The notes under the pieces were generated by a model. It was not told the DNA's origin and searched no databases. It saw only the letters and a list, made by a program, of their open reading frames with translations. A DNA stretch of 63,552 bases, counting the filler. It is 7 parts of 7 records of this genome, joined end to end, with 100 filler letters (N's around TTAATTAATTAA, not from the genome) between each part and the next. Parts side by side here need not be neighbours in the genome. Positions count along the whole stretch, not along the records: positions 47,651 to 58,180 come from DRR723986_16533; positions 58,281 to 63,552 come from DRR723986_16534; 5 more parts are not named here. The stretch is one strand, 5' to 3'. Shown piece after piece: positions 49,831-59,757 of this stretch (positions are counted from its first letter, which is position 1; every line of letters starts with the position of its first letter). The translations under genes and the position numbers were made by a program.

Positions 49831-51279
49831 ATGGCTGATACCAATTACGACGTGATCATTATCGGCTCAGGGCCGGGTGGTTACGTGACCGCTATTCGTT
49901 CTGCCCAGCTGGGCTTCAAGACTGCGATCGTTGAACGCGAACACCTTGGCGGCATTTGCCTCAACTGGGGTTGCATTCCGACGAAGGCCCTCCTGCGTTC
50001 TGCAGAAATCCTGGACCACGCCAACCATGCCAAGAGTTTCGGGTTGACGCTGGAAGGCTCCATGAAGGCGGACGTCAAGGATGTCGTTGCGCGCTCGCGT
50101 GGCGTTTCCGCTCGACTGAACGGTGGCGTCGGTTTCCTCATGAAGAAGAACAAGATCGACGTGATCTGGGGTGAGGCCAAACTCACCAAACCGGGCGAAG
50201 TCAAGGTCGGAAAATCTTCCAAACCTGTTGTCGAACCGCAGAATCCGGTTCCGAAAGGCGTGAAGGGTGAAGGCACCTACACCGCCAAACATATCATCGT
50301 GGCAACTGGTGCGCGTCCGCGTGCTTTGCCTGGCATTGAACCGGACGGCAAGCTTATCTGGACTTATTTCGAGGCCATGAAACCGGCCAAGATGCCAAAG
50401 TCGCTGGTGGTCATGGGGTCGGGTGCGATCGGGATCGAATTCGCGTCTTTCTATCGATCCATGGGCGTCGACGTAACGGTTGTCGAGCTGATGGCCAACG
50501 TGATGCCGGTCGAGGACGAGGAAATCTCGAAATTCGCGCGCAAGGCTCTGGAGAAGCGCGGCCTGAAGATCATAACCGAAGCAAAGGTGACCAAGGTCGA
50601 CAAGGCGGCAGATTCGATTACTGCCCACGTGGAGACCAAGGATGGCAAGGTCAGCCAGATTAAGGCTGATCACCTGATTTCCGCTGTCGGCGTTCAGGGC
50701 AACATCGAGAATATCGGTCTGGAAGCGCTCGGCGTGAAAACCGACCGAGGCTGTGTGGTCATTGATGAGTATGGGCGCACCAATGTGCCCGGCCTCTATG
50801 CCATTGGCGATGTCGCCGGTCCGCCAATGCTTGCCCACAAGGCTGAGCATGAAGGCGTGATTTGCATCGAGAAGATTGCAGGTGTGCCTGGTGTTCACGG
50901 GATGGATCATCGCAAGATTCCGGGCTGTACCTACTGCAACCCGCAGGTTGCCTCTGTTGGGCTGACCGAAGCAAGGGCGAAGGAACAGGGCCGCGACATC
51001 CGCGTTGGCCGGTACATGTTCAACGCCAACGGCAAGGCCATCGCGCTTGGCGAAGACAACGGCATGATCAAGGTTATCTTTGACAAGAAGTCCGGCGAGC
51101 TTCTCGGTGCGCATATGTGTGGCGCAGAAGTGACCGAACTCATCCAAGGCTTTGTCGTCGCGATGAACCTCGAGACTACCGAAGAAGAGCTGATGCACAC
51201 GATCTTCCCGCATCCGACCTTGTCGGAAATGATGAAGGAAGCTGTGCTGGACGCCTACGGCAAGGTGCTCAACGCCTGA
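49831..51279 (+). CDS. lpdA: Dihydrolipoyl dehydrogenase
   Basis: GSGPGG, GGICLNWGCIPTK, GSGAIG, HPTLSE. Confidence 0.98.
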   Translation: MADTNYDVIIIGSGPGGYVTAIRSAQLGFKTAIVEREHLGGICLNWGCIPTKALLRSAEILDHANHAKSFGLTLEGSMKADVKDVVARSRGVSARLNGGVGFLMKKNKIDVIWGEAKLTKPGEVKVGKSSKPVVEPQNPVPKGVKGEGTYTAKHIIVATGARPRALPGIEPDGKLIWTYFEAMKPAKMPKSLVVMGSGAIGIEFASFYRSMGVDVTVVELMANVMPVEDEEISKFARKALEKRGLKIITEAKVTKVDKAADSITAHVETKDGKVSQIKADHLISAVGVQGNIENIGLEALGVKTDRGCVVIDEYGRTNVPGLYAIGDVAGPPMLAHKAEHEGVICIEKIAGVPGVHGMDHRKIPGCTYCNPQVASVGLTEARAKEQGRDIRVGRYMFNANGKAIALGEDNGMIKVIFDKKSGELLGAHMCGAEVTELIQGFVVAMNLETTEEELMHTIFPHPTLSEMMKEAVLDAYGKVLNA

Positions 51280-51460
51280 TCCCTTTTGGTCTCGGCGCAA
51301 AACAGCGCCGAGGCCGATTTTCTTTTGCCGTACTCTGGATCTGCAAACAGTGAAAGAAATGCGCAGGCCTGAAGGTTGATCAGGACATCAACGCTGGACG
51401 CCTTTTCTGAAACGGGTAACGTGAAGCCGTCTGAGAAAAGGCTGAAAGGAGCCGTCAGTC

Positions 51461-51709
51461 ATGGATGTAAAAGCAATTTTGATCTGGGTTGCAATCGGCA
51501 TTATAGCCGGTTGGCTTGCAAGCGTCGTCGTTGGCGGCGGTGGTCTGATCCGTTACCTCGTCAGCGGTCTCATTGGCGCGTTTGTTGGTGGTTTCCTGTT
51601 CAAGCTCGCAGGTATCAACGTCAATCTGGGCAATGCCTACGTCAATGAAATTGTCGTGGCGGCTGTTGGAGCAATTGTCGTTGTGCTGCTTGCGCGACTG
51701 ATCGCCTGA
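51461..51709 (+). CDS. GlsB/YeaQ/YmgE (transglycosylase-associated) membrane protein
   Basis: IGIIAGWLA..GLIGAFVGG..VGAIVV. Confidence 0.88.
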   Translation: MDVKAILIWVAIGIIAGWLASVVVGGGGLIRYLVSGLIGAFVGGFLFKLAGINVNLGNAYVNEIVVAAVGAIVVVLLARLIA

Positions 51710-51741
51710 CGAATTGAATTTTCTGGAAATAGGAGTCCGCG

Positions 51742-51981
51742 ATGGGGTGGATCATCACAATCATCATCGGCCTCATTGCGGGCGCCGTTGCTCACCGGGT
51801 GCTGAACAGTCGCGGAGGTTTTCTTGGCAGCCTCGTTGTCGGCCTTGTCGGAGCACTGGTTGGCGGTGAACTCGCATCGCTGCTCAACCTGCATGTGACA
51901 GGTGGTATTCTCGATCGTCTGATTATCGCGGTTCTGGGCTCTATCCTGTTCCTGTTCATCTGGAAGAAAATGTTCAAGTGA
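51742..51981 (+). CDS. GlsB/YeaQ/YmgE membrane protein (second copy)
   Basis: MGWIITIIIGLIAGAVA..VGLVGALVGG..LGSILF. Confidence 0.88.
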   Translation: MGWIITIIIGLIAGAVAHRVLNSRGGFLGSLVVGLVGALVGGELASLLNLHVTGGILDRLIIAVLGSILFLFIWKKMFK

Positions 51982-52418
51982 GCACAAATCCGGACGAATT
52001 CGAGAGCCTGGAGGCTTTTGTTCTCAGGACAGGCGACAAGCTTCGTTATGGTGATACGGACAGGCAGGGGCACGTCAACAATGCCGTGTTCGCAACTTTT
52101 CTGGAAACCGGCCGCGTTGAATTGCTCTACAATGAAGCGCTGGCTGACCAGGGCGCAGCTTTTGTGATCGCGCGGCTGGAGCTGGATTTCCTGGCGGAAG
52201 TCAACTGGCCGGGCGAAGTGGAGATCGGCACAGCCGTGCTTGACGTTGGCCGCAGCTCGTTCAAGCTGTTCCAGAAGGTTTTTCAGGATGGAAAGCCGGT
52301 TGCGCAGGCGGTGACCGTCATCGTCCAGATGAGCGAGAGCACGCGAAAGTCTCAACCGCTTTCGGAACGTGCACGCGAGCGGCTTCAGGAACTGACCGGT
52401 CCTGCGCTAAGCACATAG
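51978..52418 (+). CDS. Acyl-CoA thioesterase (4HBT hotdog fold)
   Basis: RYGDTDRQGHVNNAVF..ETGR, VGRSS. Confidence 0.9.
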   Translation: MSTNPDEFESLEAFVLRTGDKLRYGDTDRQGHVNNAVFATFLETGRVELLYNEALADQGAAFVIARLELDFLAEVNWPGEVEIGTAVLDVGRSSFKLFQKVFQDGKPVAQAVTVIVQMSESTRKSQPLSERARERLQELTGPALST

Positions 52419-52474
52419 CTGGCTCAACGCTAATCCGTCTTGACCTTTCACCGGAATAACGACACTTAAGGCCC

Positions 52475-53449
52475 ATGGTTACGATCGTCGACACGCTCAA
52501 TCGCCCGCAGCAACAATCCGAAGCGCGCCCGCGCCACCCGGAAAAGGCTCACCGTCCGGACAATCCGATACAGCGCAAGCCGCACTGGATCCGCGTCAAG
52601 GCACCGACATCGCCGGTCTACCGCGAAACGCAGAATGTCGTGCGCGAGAACAATCTCGTTACGGTTTGCGAAGAGGCGGGATGCCCGAACATCGGTGAAT
52701 GCTGGTCGAAGAAGCATGCCAGCTTCATGATCCTTGGTGATACCTGTACACGTGCCTGCGCCTTCTGCAACGTGCGCACGGGCATGCCAGGGCCAGTCGA
52801 CCCGAAGGAAGCCCAGGGTGTTGCGGATGCCGTTGCCGCAATGGGGCTCGAGCACGTGGTGATTACCTCCGTCGACCGGGACGATCTGGACGATGGCGGT
52901 GCACAGCATTTCGCAGATGTGATCAATGCCATTCGCAAGACCGCGCCATCGACCACGATCGAGGTTCTGACGCCTGATTTCCTGCGTAAGGACGGTGCTC
53001 TGGAGATTGTCGTGGCGGCGAAGCCCGATGTCTTCAATCACAACCTTGAGACAGTGCCGTCGAAATATCTGACTGTTCGGCCCGGAGCGCGCTATTTCCA
53101 TTCGATCCGCCTTCTTCAGAAGGTCAAGGAACTTGATCCGGAAATGTTCACCAAGTCCGGGATCATGGTCGGGTTGGGGGAAGGGCGCAACGAAGTGCTG
53201 CAGCTGATGGACGACCTCCGGGCCGCCGATGTCGATTTCCTGACGGTCGGCCAGTATCTGCAACCTTCCAAGAAGCACCATCCGGTCGTTTCCTTCGTGA
53301 CGCCGGAAGAGTTCAAAGGCTATGAGCGTATTGCTTACGCCAAAGGTTTCCTGAAGGTGTCGGCAAGCCCGTTGACGAGGTCGTCTCACCACGCTGGTGA
53401 AGATTTCGCGGATCTTCGCGCCGCGCGCAAAGCAAAGCTCGGCCACTAA
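52475..53449 (+). CDS. lipA: Lipoyl synthase
   Basis: [12 protein letters not shown] and CTRACAFC motifs, RSSHHA. Confidence 0.98.
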   Translation: MVTIVDTLNRPQQQSEARPRHPEKAHRPDNPIQRKPHWIRVKAPTSPVYRETQNVVRENNLVTVCEEAGCPNIGECWSKKHASFMILGDTCTRACAFCNVRTGMPGPVDPKEAQGVADAVAAMGLEHVVITSVDRDDLDDGGAQHFADVINAIRKTAPSTTIEVLTPDFLRKDGALEIVVAAKPDVFNHNLETVPSKYLTVRPGARYFHSIRLLQKVKELDPEMFTKSGIMVGLGEGRNEVLQLMDDLRAADVDFLTVGQYLQPSKKHHPVVSFVTPEEFKGYERIAYAKGFLKVSASPLTRSSHHAGEDFADLRAARKAKLGH

Positions 53450-53478
53450 CGCCAAAGCAACAGGACACTGGACACCGT

Positions 53479-53931
53479 ATGCCCAGTTTTTCATCCGACC
53501 ACAAAGTCAACCACAAGGCGGACGAGATGTTCCGGCTTGTTGCCGACGTAGAGCGGTATCCCGAATTCGTGCCGTTGTGCCAGGATCTTCACGTGCGCGG
53601 CCGTAAGGAGCTGGATGGTGGACGGACGGTACTGGTGGCCGACATGACGGTTGCCTACAAGCTGTTCAAGGAAACCTTCACCAGCCGCGTTGAACTGCGC
53701 CCGCAGGACAGAACGATCCTGGTTGAGTACCTGGATGGCCCGTTCAAGCACCTGGAAAACAAGTGGACTTTCGAGGATGCAGGCGAGGGCAGCTGCAACG
53801 TCGGTTTCTATATTTCCTACGAATTCCGCAGTCGGACGCTCGGCTCTCTCATGGGCGTTATGTTCGAAAAGGCCTTCCGAAAGTTTTCAAGCGCCTTCGA
53901 AGCTCGCGCGGACCAGGTTTACGGGACCTGA
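53479..53931 (+). CDS. COQ10/RatA START-domain (cyclase) protein
   Basis: LVADVERYPEFVPLC, GPFKHLEN.W, AFEARA. Confidence 0.92.
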   Translation: MPSFSSDHKVNHKADEMFRLVADVERYPEFVPLCQDLHVRGRKELDGGRTVLVADMTVAYKLFKETFTSRVELRPQDRTILVEYLDGPFKHLENKWTFEDAGEGSCNVGFYISYEFRSRTLGSLMGVMFEKAFRKFSSAFEARADQVYGT

Positions 53932-53949
53932 TTAAGCTGACTTTTGGGC

Positions 53950-54384
53950 CTACTTGAACTGCTTGAAGGCGTCGCGAATGATGCGGATACGGCTCGACTG
54001 CATGTCGAGGGGCTCTGCCTGGCGACGGATCTGCTCGATTTCCTTCTTCTTCAACCCGAGACTTTCGAGCGTTGCGAAGGATGTATAATCGGTACAGACG
54101 GGAGTGCGGCTGGAGCCGACATTCTCTTCGACCACGAGGTTTCTTCCGGCAGCAGCTTCTTCTTCCGTCCAGATAACGGTGTTCGAGGATACCCAGAAAG
54201 TGCGGTCGCAATATTGGGCCTGATAGTAGCCCTCTTTCGGTTTTGTCAGAATTTCATGAAATCCGGTGAACGTACCGTTGGAATACTGGGACCTGATATA
54301 AAAGTCGCTCTGAGCGTGAGCTACGCCGGCAAAGGTAGTGCCAGCGGCCGTCAAAGCAGCGAAGAACGCGAGGGCGCGTTTCAT
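53950..54384 (-). CDS. Secreted hypothetical protein, paralogue A
   Basis: Signal peptide (AHA), DFY..F.G.H..YCDR..V.WT..E.N.G..PVC..TLESLG. Confidence 0.75.
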   Translation of the reverse strand: MKRALAFFAALTAAGTTFAGVAHAQSDFYIRSQYSNGTFTGFHEILTKPKEGYYQAQYCDRTFWVSSNTVIWTEEEAAAGRNLVVEENVGSSRTPVCTDYTSFATLESLGLKKKEIEQIRRQAEPLDMQSSRIRIIRDAFKQFK

Positions 54385-54482
54385 GTCAGGGTCCTTTTTT
54401 CTGCGCGTTTATGTCACCTGTTCCTGTTGAAAGTCTAAGCTGACCAGCTTACCCGAGCCTTACCAGCCCGGTGCCGGCTTTT

Positions 54483-54959
54483 TTAGTTGCCGTGATATGA
54501 CTTGGCAGCGTTGTCGCCGTCCGTTGTTTTGAACGCTTCGCGAATGACCGCGAAACGGTTTACCCGCTTTACCGACGACCCGTCATTTTGAACGACAAGT
54601 CTCGGATCATCCTGTACGCCGAGGTCTTCAAGCGTCACCTGTTCTTCAGGATGATCGCAAATCGGCCGCCAGCCCTTGCCCCGATTGAACTCCACCCGAA
54701 CCTTGTAATCCTGCTGCACTTCGAGCTGCGTCCAGGCGACTGTCGCATAGCGTACAAAGTAGGATCTGCCACAATACTGAACTGCCACCAGCCCGTCCGC
54801 CATCCGGTCATAGATGCGGTGGGAGCCGCGGAACAGCTGATTGCCGTCGCGCGAAATAATGTAGGTGTCACCCGGTTTCGGCGTGTTGTTGCCGGCCTGC
54901 GCATTGGCGCACGCAAGGGCGAGGGCACTTCCTGCAAGAAGCGCACGTTGGATTAACAT
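54483..54959 (-). CDS. Secreted hypothetical protein, paralogue B
   Basis: Signal peptide (AQA), PGDTY..GSH..YCGRSYFVR..VAWTQ..VEFNRGKGWRPIC..TLEDLG. Confidence 0.78.
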   Translation of the reverse strand: MLIQRALLAGSALALACANAQAGNNTPKPGDTYIISRDGNQLFRGSHRIYDRMADGLVAVQYCGRSYFVRYATVAWTQLEVQQDYKVRVEFNRGKGWRPICDHPEEQVTLEDLGVQDDPRLVVQNDGSSVKRVNRFAVIREAFKTTDGDNAAKSYHGN

Positions 54960-55130
54960 ATCCCGTTCCCTTTACCGCGAAATCATTTCGCGAGTTGGTT
55001 CCTGCTTACGGTGACCATACGGCAAGTGTTTGTAAAAGTGATTTCGTAAGGGAAATGAGTTTGATTAAAACTTTAAAAGCACTGATTTTGTTGACGAATT
55101 ATCGAATAACTGTCCAGAAGCGGCCGGCTT

Positions 55131-55598
55131 TTAGCGTGTGTGATACGTGCTGTGGCCTTCTTCGACGCTATTGCTCTGGAACATTGCGCCGATCGCGGAA
55201 AGCCTGCTTTGTGGGGCCGAAGTCTCATCTGGAGCGGCCAGAAGATCGTGCGCACTCATTGTGACGCCGATGTCCTCAAGACTGACCTGTCGCTCGGGAT
55301 TGCCGCAGATCGGACGCCAGCCACGGCCAAAATTGAATTCCACCTGAACTTTGTTGCCGCGTTCGGTTTCCACTTGCGTCCAAGCGACCGAATGGCTGCG
55401 TACAAAATAGCTACGCTGGCAATAAGAGACCTTTTTCAATCCGCGGGCGTTTTCCGTGAACAGCTTGTGACTGCCCACAAAGTGTCCGCTGCGATCGCGT
55501 GAAATCAGGTAAAAATCGCCAGGCTGAGGTATGGCACCTGCAAAAGCGGTGGAGCCTGCGCACAAAAATGCAGCCAGAATGGTCGCTGGTTTAATCAT
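55131..55598 (-). CDS. Secreted hypothetical protein, paralogue C
   Basis: Signal peptide (AFA), PGDFY..GSH..YCQRSYFVR..VAWTQ..VEFNFGRGWRPIC..SLEDIG. Confidence 0.78.
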   Translation of the reverse strand: MIKPATILAAFLCAGSTAFAGAIPQPGDFYLISRDRSGHFVGSHKLFTENARGLKKVSYCQRSYFVRSHSVAWTQVETERGNKVQVEFNFGRGWRPICGNPERQVSLEDIGVTMSAHDLLAAPDETSAPQSRLSAIGAMFQSNSVEEGHSTYHTR

Positions 55599-55702
55599 AA
55601 AGGTTCTGATCTTGAGTTACGTTGAGGTCAAGTTGTCTGGAATATACATATGACCAAGCGGAAGCCCAGCGCGAACTCCCATGAGCGTTAATGAGCATTT
55701 AC

Positions 55703-56212
55703 TCAGGAAATTGCATTTAAAATCGATGTGAGGGCAGTTCTGACGGTGGCAAGCCGGATTGATTGCCGGCCGTTGTCTGCAAACCAGCAATGGAGATGAT
55801 CCGTCGGGCGATCCTTTGCCGCAACGGCAATATGGACAGTGCCAACTGGCTTTTGAGCACTTCCGCCACCTGGTCCAGCGATACCCGTTACAGAAACTGC
55901 TACATCCGCATTGGATCTGGCGAGTGCTCCTTCTGCCATGGCAATCGCGACTTCCTTGCTCACGGCCCCATGCTTTTCGATAAGGTCTTTCGGAACGCCC
56001 AGCATTTCGTTCTTTGCTTCATTGGAGTAGGTCACAAACCCCCGGTCCACGGCGGCCGAAGATCCCGCGATCTCCGTAAGTGCTCCGCAAATCAGGCCTC
56101 CGGTGCAGGATTCTGCCGTCGCTACCATTTTCTTGGCGGCAATGAGCCCGTCCAGCACAGCAATTGACAGAGGCGCAAGCTCTTCCAGGTTGTTTGGAGA
56201 TGTCTCGGTCAT
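55703..56212 (-). CDS. cinA: CinA C-terminal domain protein (NMN deamidase-like)
   Basis: [31 protein letters not shown]. Confidence 0.92.
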   Translation of the reverse strand: MTETSPNNLEELAPLSIAVLDGLIAAKKMVATAESCTGGLICGALTEIAGSSAAVDRGFVTYSNEAKNEMLGVPKDLIEKHGAVSKEVAIAMAEGALARSNADVAVSVTGIAGPGGGSAQKPVGTVHIAVAAKDRPTDHLHCWFADNGRQSIRLATVRTALTSILNAIS

Positions 56213-56218
56213 GGATTT

Positions 56219-57472
56219 CTAGTCCTCGTCCTGAAAAGGAAGACGCACAGTCACACTGGCCAGGGCCGCGATACCTTCCTTGCGGCCTGTGAAACCGAGG
56301 CGCTCGGATGTCGTGGCCTTGACCGAGATCCTCGAAACAGGCATGGCGCAAATCTTGGCAATCGAAGAGCGAATTGCCTCGCGGTGGGGGGCGATCTTCG
56401 GTTCCTCGCATACGATGGTGACGTCGACATGCGCCAGTCTTCCACCGCGTTCAGACAGGCGGCGCATGGCGTCCATTTGAAACTGGTCAGAAGAGGCACC
56501 TTTCCACTGCGGGTCGCTTGGAGGGAAATGCTGGCCGATATCGCCATCGCCAATGGCACCAAGCGTTGCGTCCGTAATAGCGTGCAGCACCACATCCGCG
56601 TCTGAGTGACCTTTCAGCTTGCTGGAGTGGGGAATGGCTACCCCGCCCAAAATGACGGCATCGCCATCTTCAAAGGCGTGGACGTCGTATCCGATCCCGG
56701 TTCTGACATCGGCAAGTTCTGAAAGCGGCAACGGGGAGGCGGGGGTAGTCGACATCAGTTGTAACTCGGCCTGTTGTTCTGCACGACGGAGGTCGGCGGC
56801 AGTTGTGATCTTGAATGCAGCGGGGTCGCCCTCCGTCAGGACAATGGTCATCCCGTCCCATTCCGCAAGGCCGGTGTCGTCAGTAAAATCGAGTTTTCCC
56901 GCAGCTACCGCCTTTTCGTGCGCCTTGAGTATACGCTGCAAGGGAAAGGCCTGTGGCGTCTGCGCTGCCCAGAGCCCGGCTCTGTCAACGGTTTCCAGCG
57001 AACGACCCGATTGATCTGCTCTTTTTAACGTGTCAGCCACGGGCAGCGCGGCGAGAACGCCTTCGTTCCCTGCCTGCAGTTGCTCAAGCAATCTGTCTAT
57101 CACGGCAGATGGGAGGAACGGCCGTGCAGCGTCGTGGATCAAAACGTAATCAAATCCTTCGAGGGCGAGGGCCTTCAATCCTGCCAGGACCGATTGCTGC
57201 CTGGTTGCGCCACCGTAGACTGCCGGTCCGATCTTGGACGCTGTTTCAGTGGAGGCCGCTCTTGCTGCTTCAGAGTAATGGTTCACGTCGTCAGGGTGAA
57301 TGACGGTTACGAGGCGGTTGATCCGGGGGTGATTCCCGAGAGCATCCAGTGTATGGCTCAGCACAGGACGGCCAGCCAACGGCCTGTATTGCTTGGGTAA
57401 CGCATTGTCGGAGCCCGCAAGACGGGTGCCACGCCCTGCGGCAACGACAAGGGCGGCAGCGGTTTTTGTCAT
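56219..57472 (-). CDS. ispDF: Bifunctional IspD/IspF
   Basis: AAGRGTR..KQY, IHDAARP, QTPQ; G.DVH, GHSDADV, ATTSE.LGF. Confidence 0.96.
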   Translation of the reverse strand: MTKTAAALVVAAGRGTRLAGSDNALPKQYRPLAGRPVLSHTLDALGNHPRINRLVTVIHPDDVNHYSEAARAASTETASKIGPAVYGGATRQQSVLAGLKALALEGFDYVLIHDAARPFLPSAVIDRLLEQLQAGNEGVLAALPVADTLKRADQSGRSLETVDRAGLWAAQTPQAFPLQRILKAHEKAVAAGKLDFTDDTGLAEWDGMTIVLTEGDPAAFKITTAADLRRAEQQAELQLMSTTPASPLPLSELADVRTGIGYDVHAFEDGDAVILGGVAIPHSSKLKGHSDADVVLHAITDATLGAIGDGDIGQHFPPSDPQWKGASSDQFQMDAMRRLSERGGRLAHVDVTIVCEEPKIAPHREAIRSSIAKICAMPVSRISVKATTSERLGFTGRKEGIAALASVTVRLPFQDED

Positions 57473-57573
57473 TAACGGGCTCCTCGTGCTCTGCATCAAA
57501 CCGTCAGCTTTGAACCGTCTTTACCTAGGAACCTGTTCGGACCGCAAATTTTGACTTGTTGCATTGCGAAACT

Positions 57574-57617
57574 TGTCTACAATATAGGCAATTATGAATC
57601 TGCACAGTCAATAAGCA
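57574..57617. promoter_or_regulatory. Two NtrC-like boxes upstream of dusB (nifR3)
   Basis: TGTCTACAATATAGGCA (57574-57590) and TGCACAGTCAATAAGCA (57601-57617). Confidence 0.5.
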
Positions 57618-57630
57618 GAAAAGAGACGCT

Positions 57631-58180
57631 GTGTCGCCGTCTATGAAAACACTCACGATTGGCCGGTATCAACTCGCAAACCCGGCCGTGCTCGCGCCGA
57701 TGTCCGGCGTGACCGATCTCCCTTTCCGCCGGCTGGCTGCCAGATACGGCGCCGGCATGGTCGTCAGCGAAATGGTTGCGAGCGAATCCTTCGTCAAAGG
57801 CGACGCCGAAACGCAAATGCGTGCGGAGGCTCAGGACAAGGGGCTTCATGTCGTTCAGCTTGCAGGGCGTGAAGCCCGCTGGATGGGGGAGGCCGCCAAG
57901 GTTATCGCTGGTCTTGGTGCCGATGTAATCGATATCAACATGGGCTGTCCCGCCAAAAAGGTGACGTCCGGATACTCCGGTTCCGCACTGATGCGGGATC
58001 TCGACCATGCCCTGACGCTGGTTGATGCGACGGTGGCAGCGGTCGATGTGCCCGTCACTTTGAAGATGCGCCTTGGCTGGGATGACAAGAACCTGAATGC
58101 ACCGGAGCTGGCCCGCCGTGCGGAAGCAGCCGGGGTGCAACTCATCACCGTTCACGGGCGCACCCGATGCCAGTTCTACA
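57631..58180 (+). CDS. dusB: tRNA-dihydrouridine synthase B (NifR3), truncated
   Basis: LAPMSGVTD, DINMGCPAKKV, KMRLGW, HGRTR. Confidence 0.96.
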
Positions 58181-58280
58181 NNNNNNNNNNNNNNNNNNNN
58201 NNNNNNNNNNNNNNNNNNNNNNNNTTAATTAATTAANNNNNNNNNNNNNNNNNNNNNNNNNNNNNNNNNNNNNNNNNNNN
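58181..58280. other. Artificial contig spacer
   Basis: 44 N + TTAATTAATTAA + 44 N. Confidence 0.99.
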
Positions 58281-58281
58281 G

Positions 58282-58746
58282 ACGTCGATGGTCTTCACCA
58301 TCCTTATCGGCTCGCAATTGCTGAACCTGGTGGTGATCTCCTTCGGTGGCGAACACTACATTCAGGACTTCCTGCGCAGCTTCGATGAGGAATGGAAGGT
58401 CTTCCTTCTGGTGATGGTGATCCTGTTCATCCTCGGCTTCGTGCTGGACTTCCTCGAAATCATCTACATCGTCATTCCCATCGTGGGGCCGGTCATCTAT
58501 GGCGGCACGATGGACCCGAAATGGGTGACGATCATGATCGCGGTGAACCTGCAAACCAGCTTCCTGACACCGCCGTTCGGCTTTGCGCTGTTCTATTTGC
58601 GAGGTGTGGCACCAGCCAGTGTCACCACGGGCCACATCTATCGAGGCGTGATCCCCTTCGTGCTGATCCAGGTGTTGGGTCTGGCGTTGCTGGCCTTTTT
58701 CCCGCAGATCGTCACGATCCTGCCGGATCTGCTGCCCAACAACTAA
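58282..58746 (+). CDS. TRAP transporter large permease (DctM), C-terminal part
   Basis: GFVLDFLEI, NLQTSFLTPPFGFALFYL, FPQIV. Confidence 0.92.
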   Translation, partial: TSMVFTILIGSQLLNLVVISFGGEHYIQDFLRSFDEEWKVFLLVMVILFILGFVLDFLEIIYIVIPIVGPVIYGGTMDPKWVTIMIAVNLQTSFLTPPFGFALFYLRGVAPASVTTGHIYRGVIPFVLIQVLGLALLAFFPQIVTILPDLLPNN

Positions 58747-58764
58747 GGGCGGTACAGACCCAAG

Positions 58765-58799
58765 AAAAAAACGGGCCTCCGATATCGGGGGCCCGTTTT
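58765..58799. terminator. Bidirectional terminator between convergent genes
   Basis: AAAACGGGCCTCCGA-TA-TCGGGGGCCCGTTTT. Confidence 0.75.
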
Positions 58800-58825
58800 C
58801 GGTTGCCGGAATGCCGGGGTAGGGG

Positions 58826-59650
58826 TCAGTCGCCCATCGGGCGGGTGTCGGGAAGACTCAGCCGCGCGACCTGTTCCGCGATTGGGTCTATCGACAGAGG
58901 ATGCGCTTCGGCGGCATGGGCGTCCGGGTCTTTCAGATGCTGCCAGTGGCCGCCCAGATAGACCTCCAACGCCGAGAACTTTGCCTTGTAACCCATCTTG
59001 GCGCTGCCCGGCACCCAATATCCCAGATAGACGTAAGGCAGACCGGCCTCGCGCGCGATCTGGATGTGATCGAGGATCACGTAGCTGCCAAGCGACCTGC
59101 TGGCCTGATCGGGGCGGAAGAAGGAATAGACCATCGACAACCCGTCATCCAGCACATCTGTCAGGCAGACGGCGGCCAGTTCGTTATCGGCCTCGTGGTC
59201 GCGATACTCGATGACCCGGCTGCGCACCGGGGTTTCCTCGATCATCGCGGCGAATTCGAAGACATCCATATCGGCCATGCCGCCATCGGCGTGTCGGCTG
59301 TCCAGATAGCTGCGGAACAGGGCATATTGTTCTTCGGTCGCCCAGGGGCTGCGCGCTTCGCGCACCAGATCCCGATTGCGCCGCATCGCACGGCGCTGGC
59401 TTTTCGAGGGCGTGAAGTCCGCCACCCGGATGCGGGCAGACAGGCAGGCCGAGCAATCAGAGCAGGACGGGCGGTAAAGCACGTTCTGAGATCGGCGGAA
59501 TCCCTGCTTTGACAGCGAATCATTCAGCTTCTCGGCATGATCGCCCTGAAGCGCGGTAAACAGCTTCCGTTCCCGCTTACCCTCAAGATATGGGCAAGTC
59601 TGCGGGGCCGTCACATAGAATTGTGGCGCGAGCGGTAGGCTGTGGCGCAT
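58826..59650 (-). CDS. Arginyltransferase / Asp-Glu leucyltransferase (Bpt/ATE family)
   Basis: CPYL..ERK, GFRRSQ..YRP.C..C..C, S.VYSFF, YLGYWV..KM.YK. Confidence 0.93.
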   Translation of the reverse strand: MRHSLPLAPQFYVTAPQTCPYLEGKRERKLFTALQGDHAEKLNDSLSKQGFRRSQNVLYRPSCSDCSACLSARIRVADFTPSKSQRRAMRRNRDLVREARSPWATEEQYALFRSYLDSRHADGGMADMDVFEFAAMIEETPVRSRVIEYRDHEADNELAAVCLTDVLDDGLSMVYSFFRPDQASRSLGSYVILDHIQIAREAGLPYVYLGYWVPGSAKMGYKAKFSALEVYLGGHWQHLKDPDAHAAEAHPLSIDPIAEQVARLSLPDTRPMGD

Positions 59651-59757
59651 GTCGTCCCGTCTGCAAAGGCTACTGTTACAGTCCTGTCATGCCAGAGCCT
59701 GCAACAGGATTCGCGGGCGGGCAACCCATTTTGGAATACCCGTCCGTTGACGGCGTG

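Noticed and set aside
53479-53931. RatA as a type II toxin-antitoxin system
   Set aside because: No RatB/antitoxin partner; in Alphaproteobacteria this lipA-linked gene is the COQ10-like START protein.
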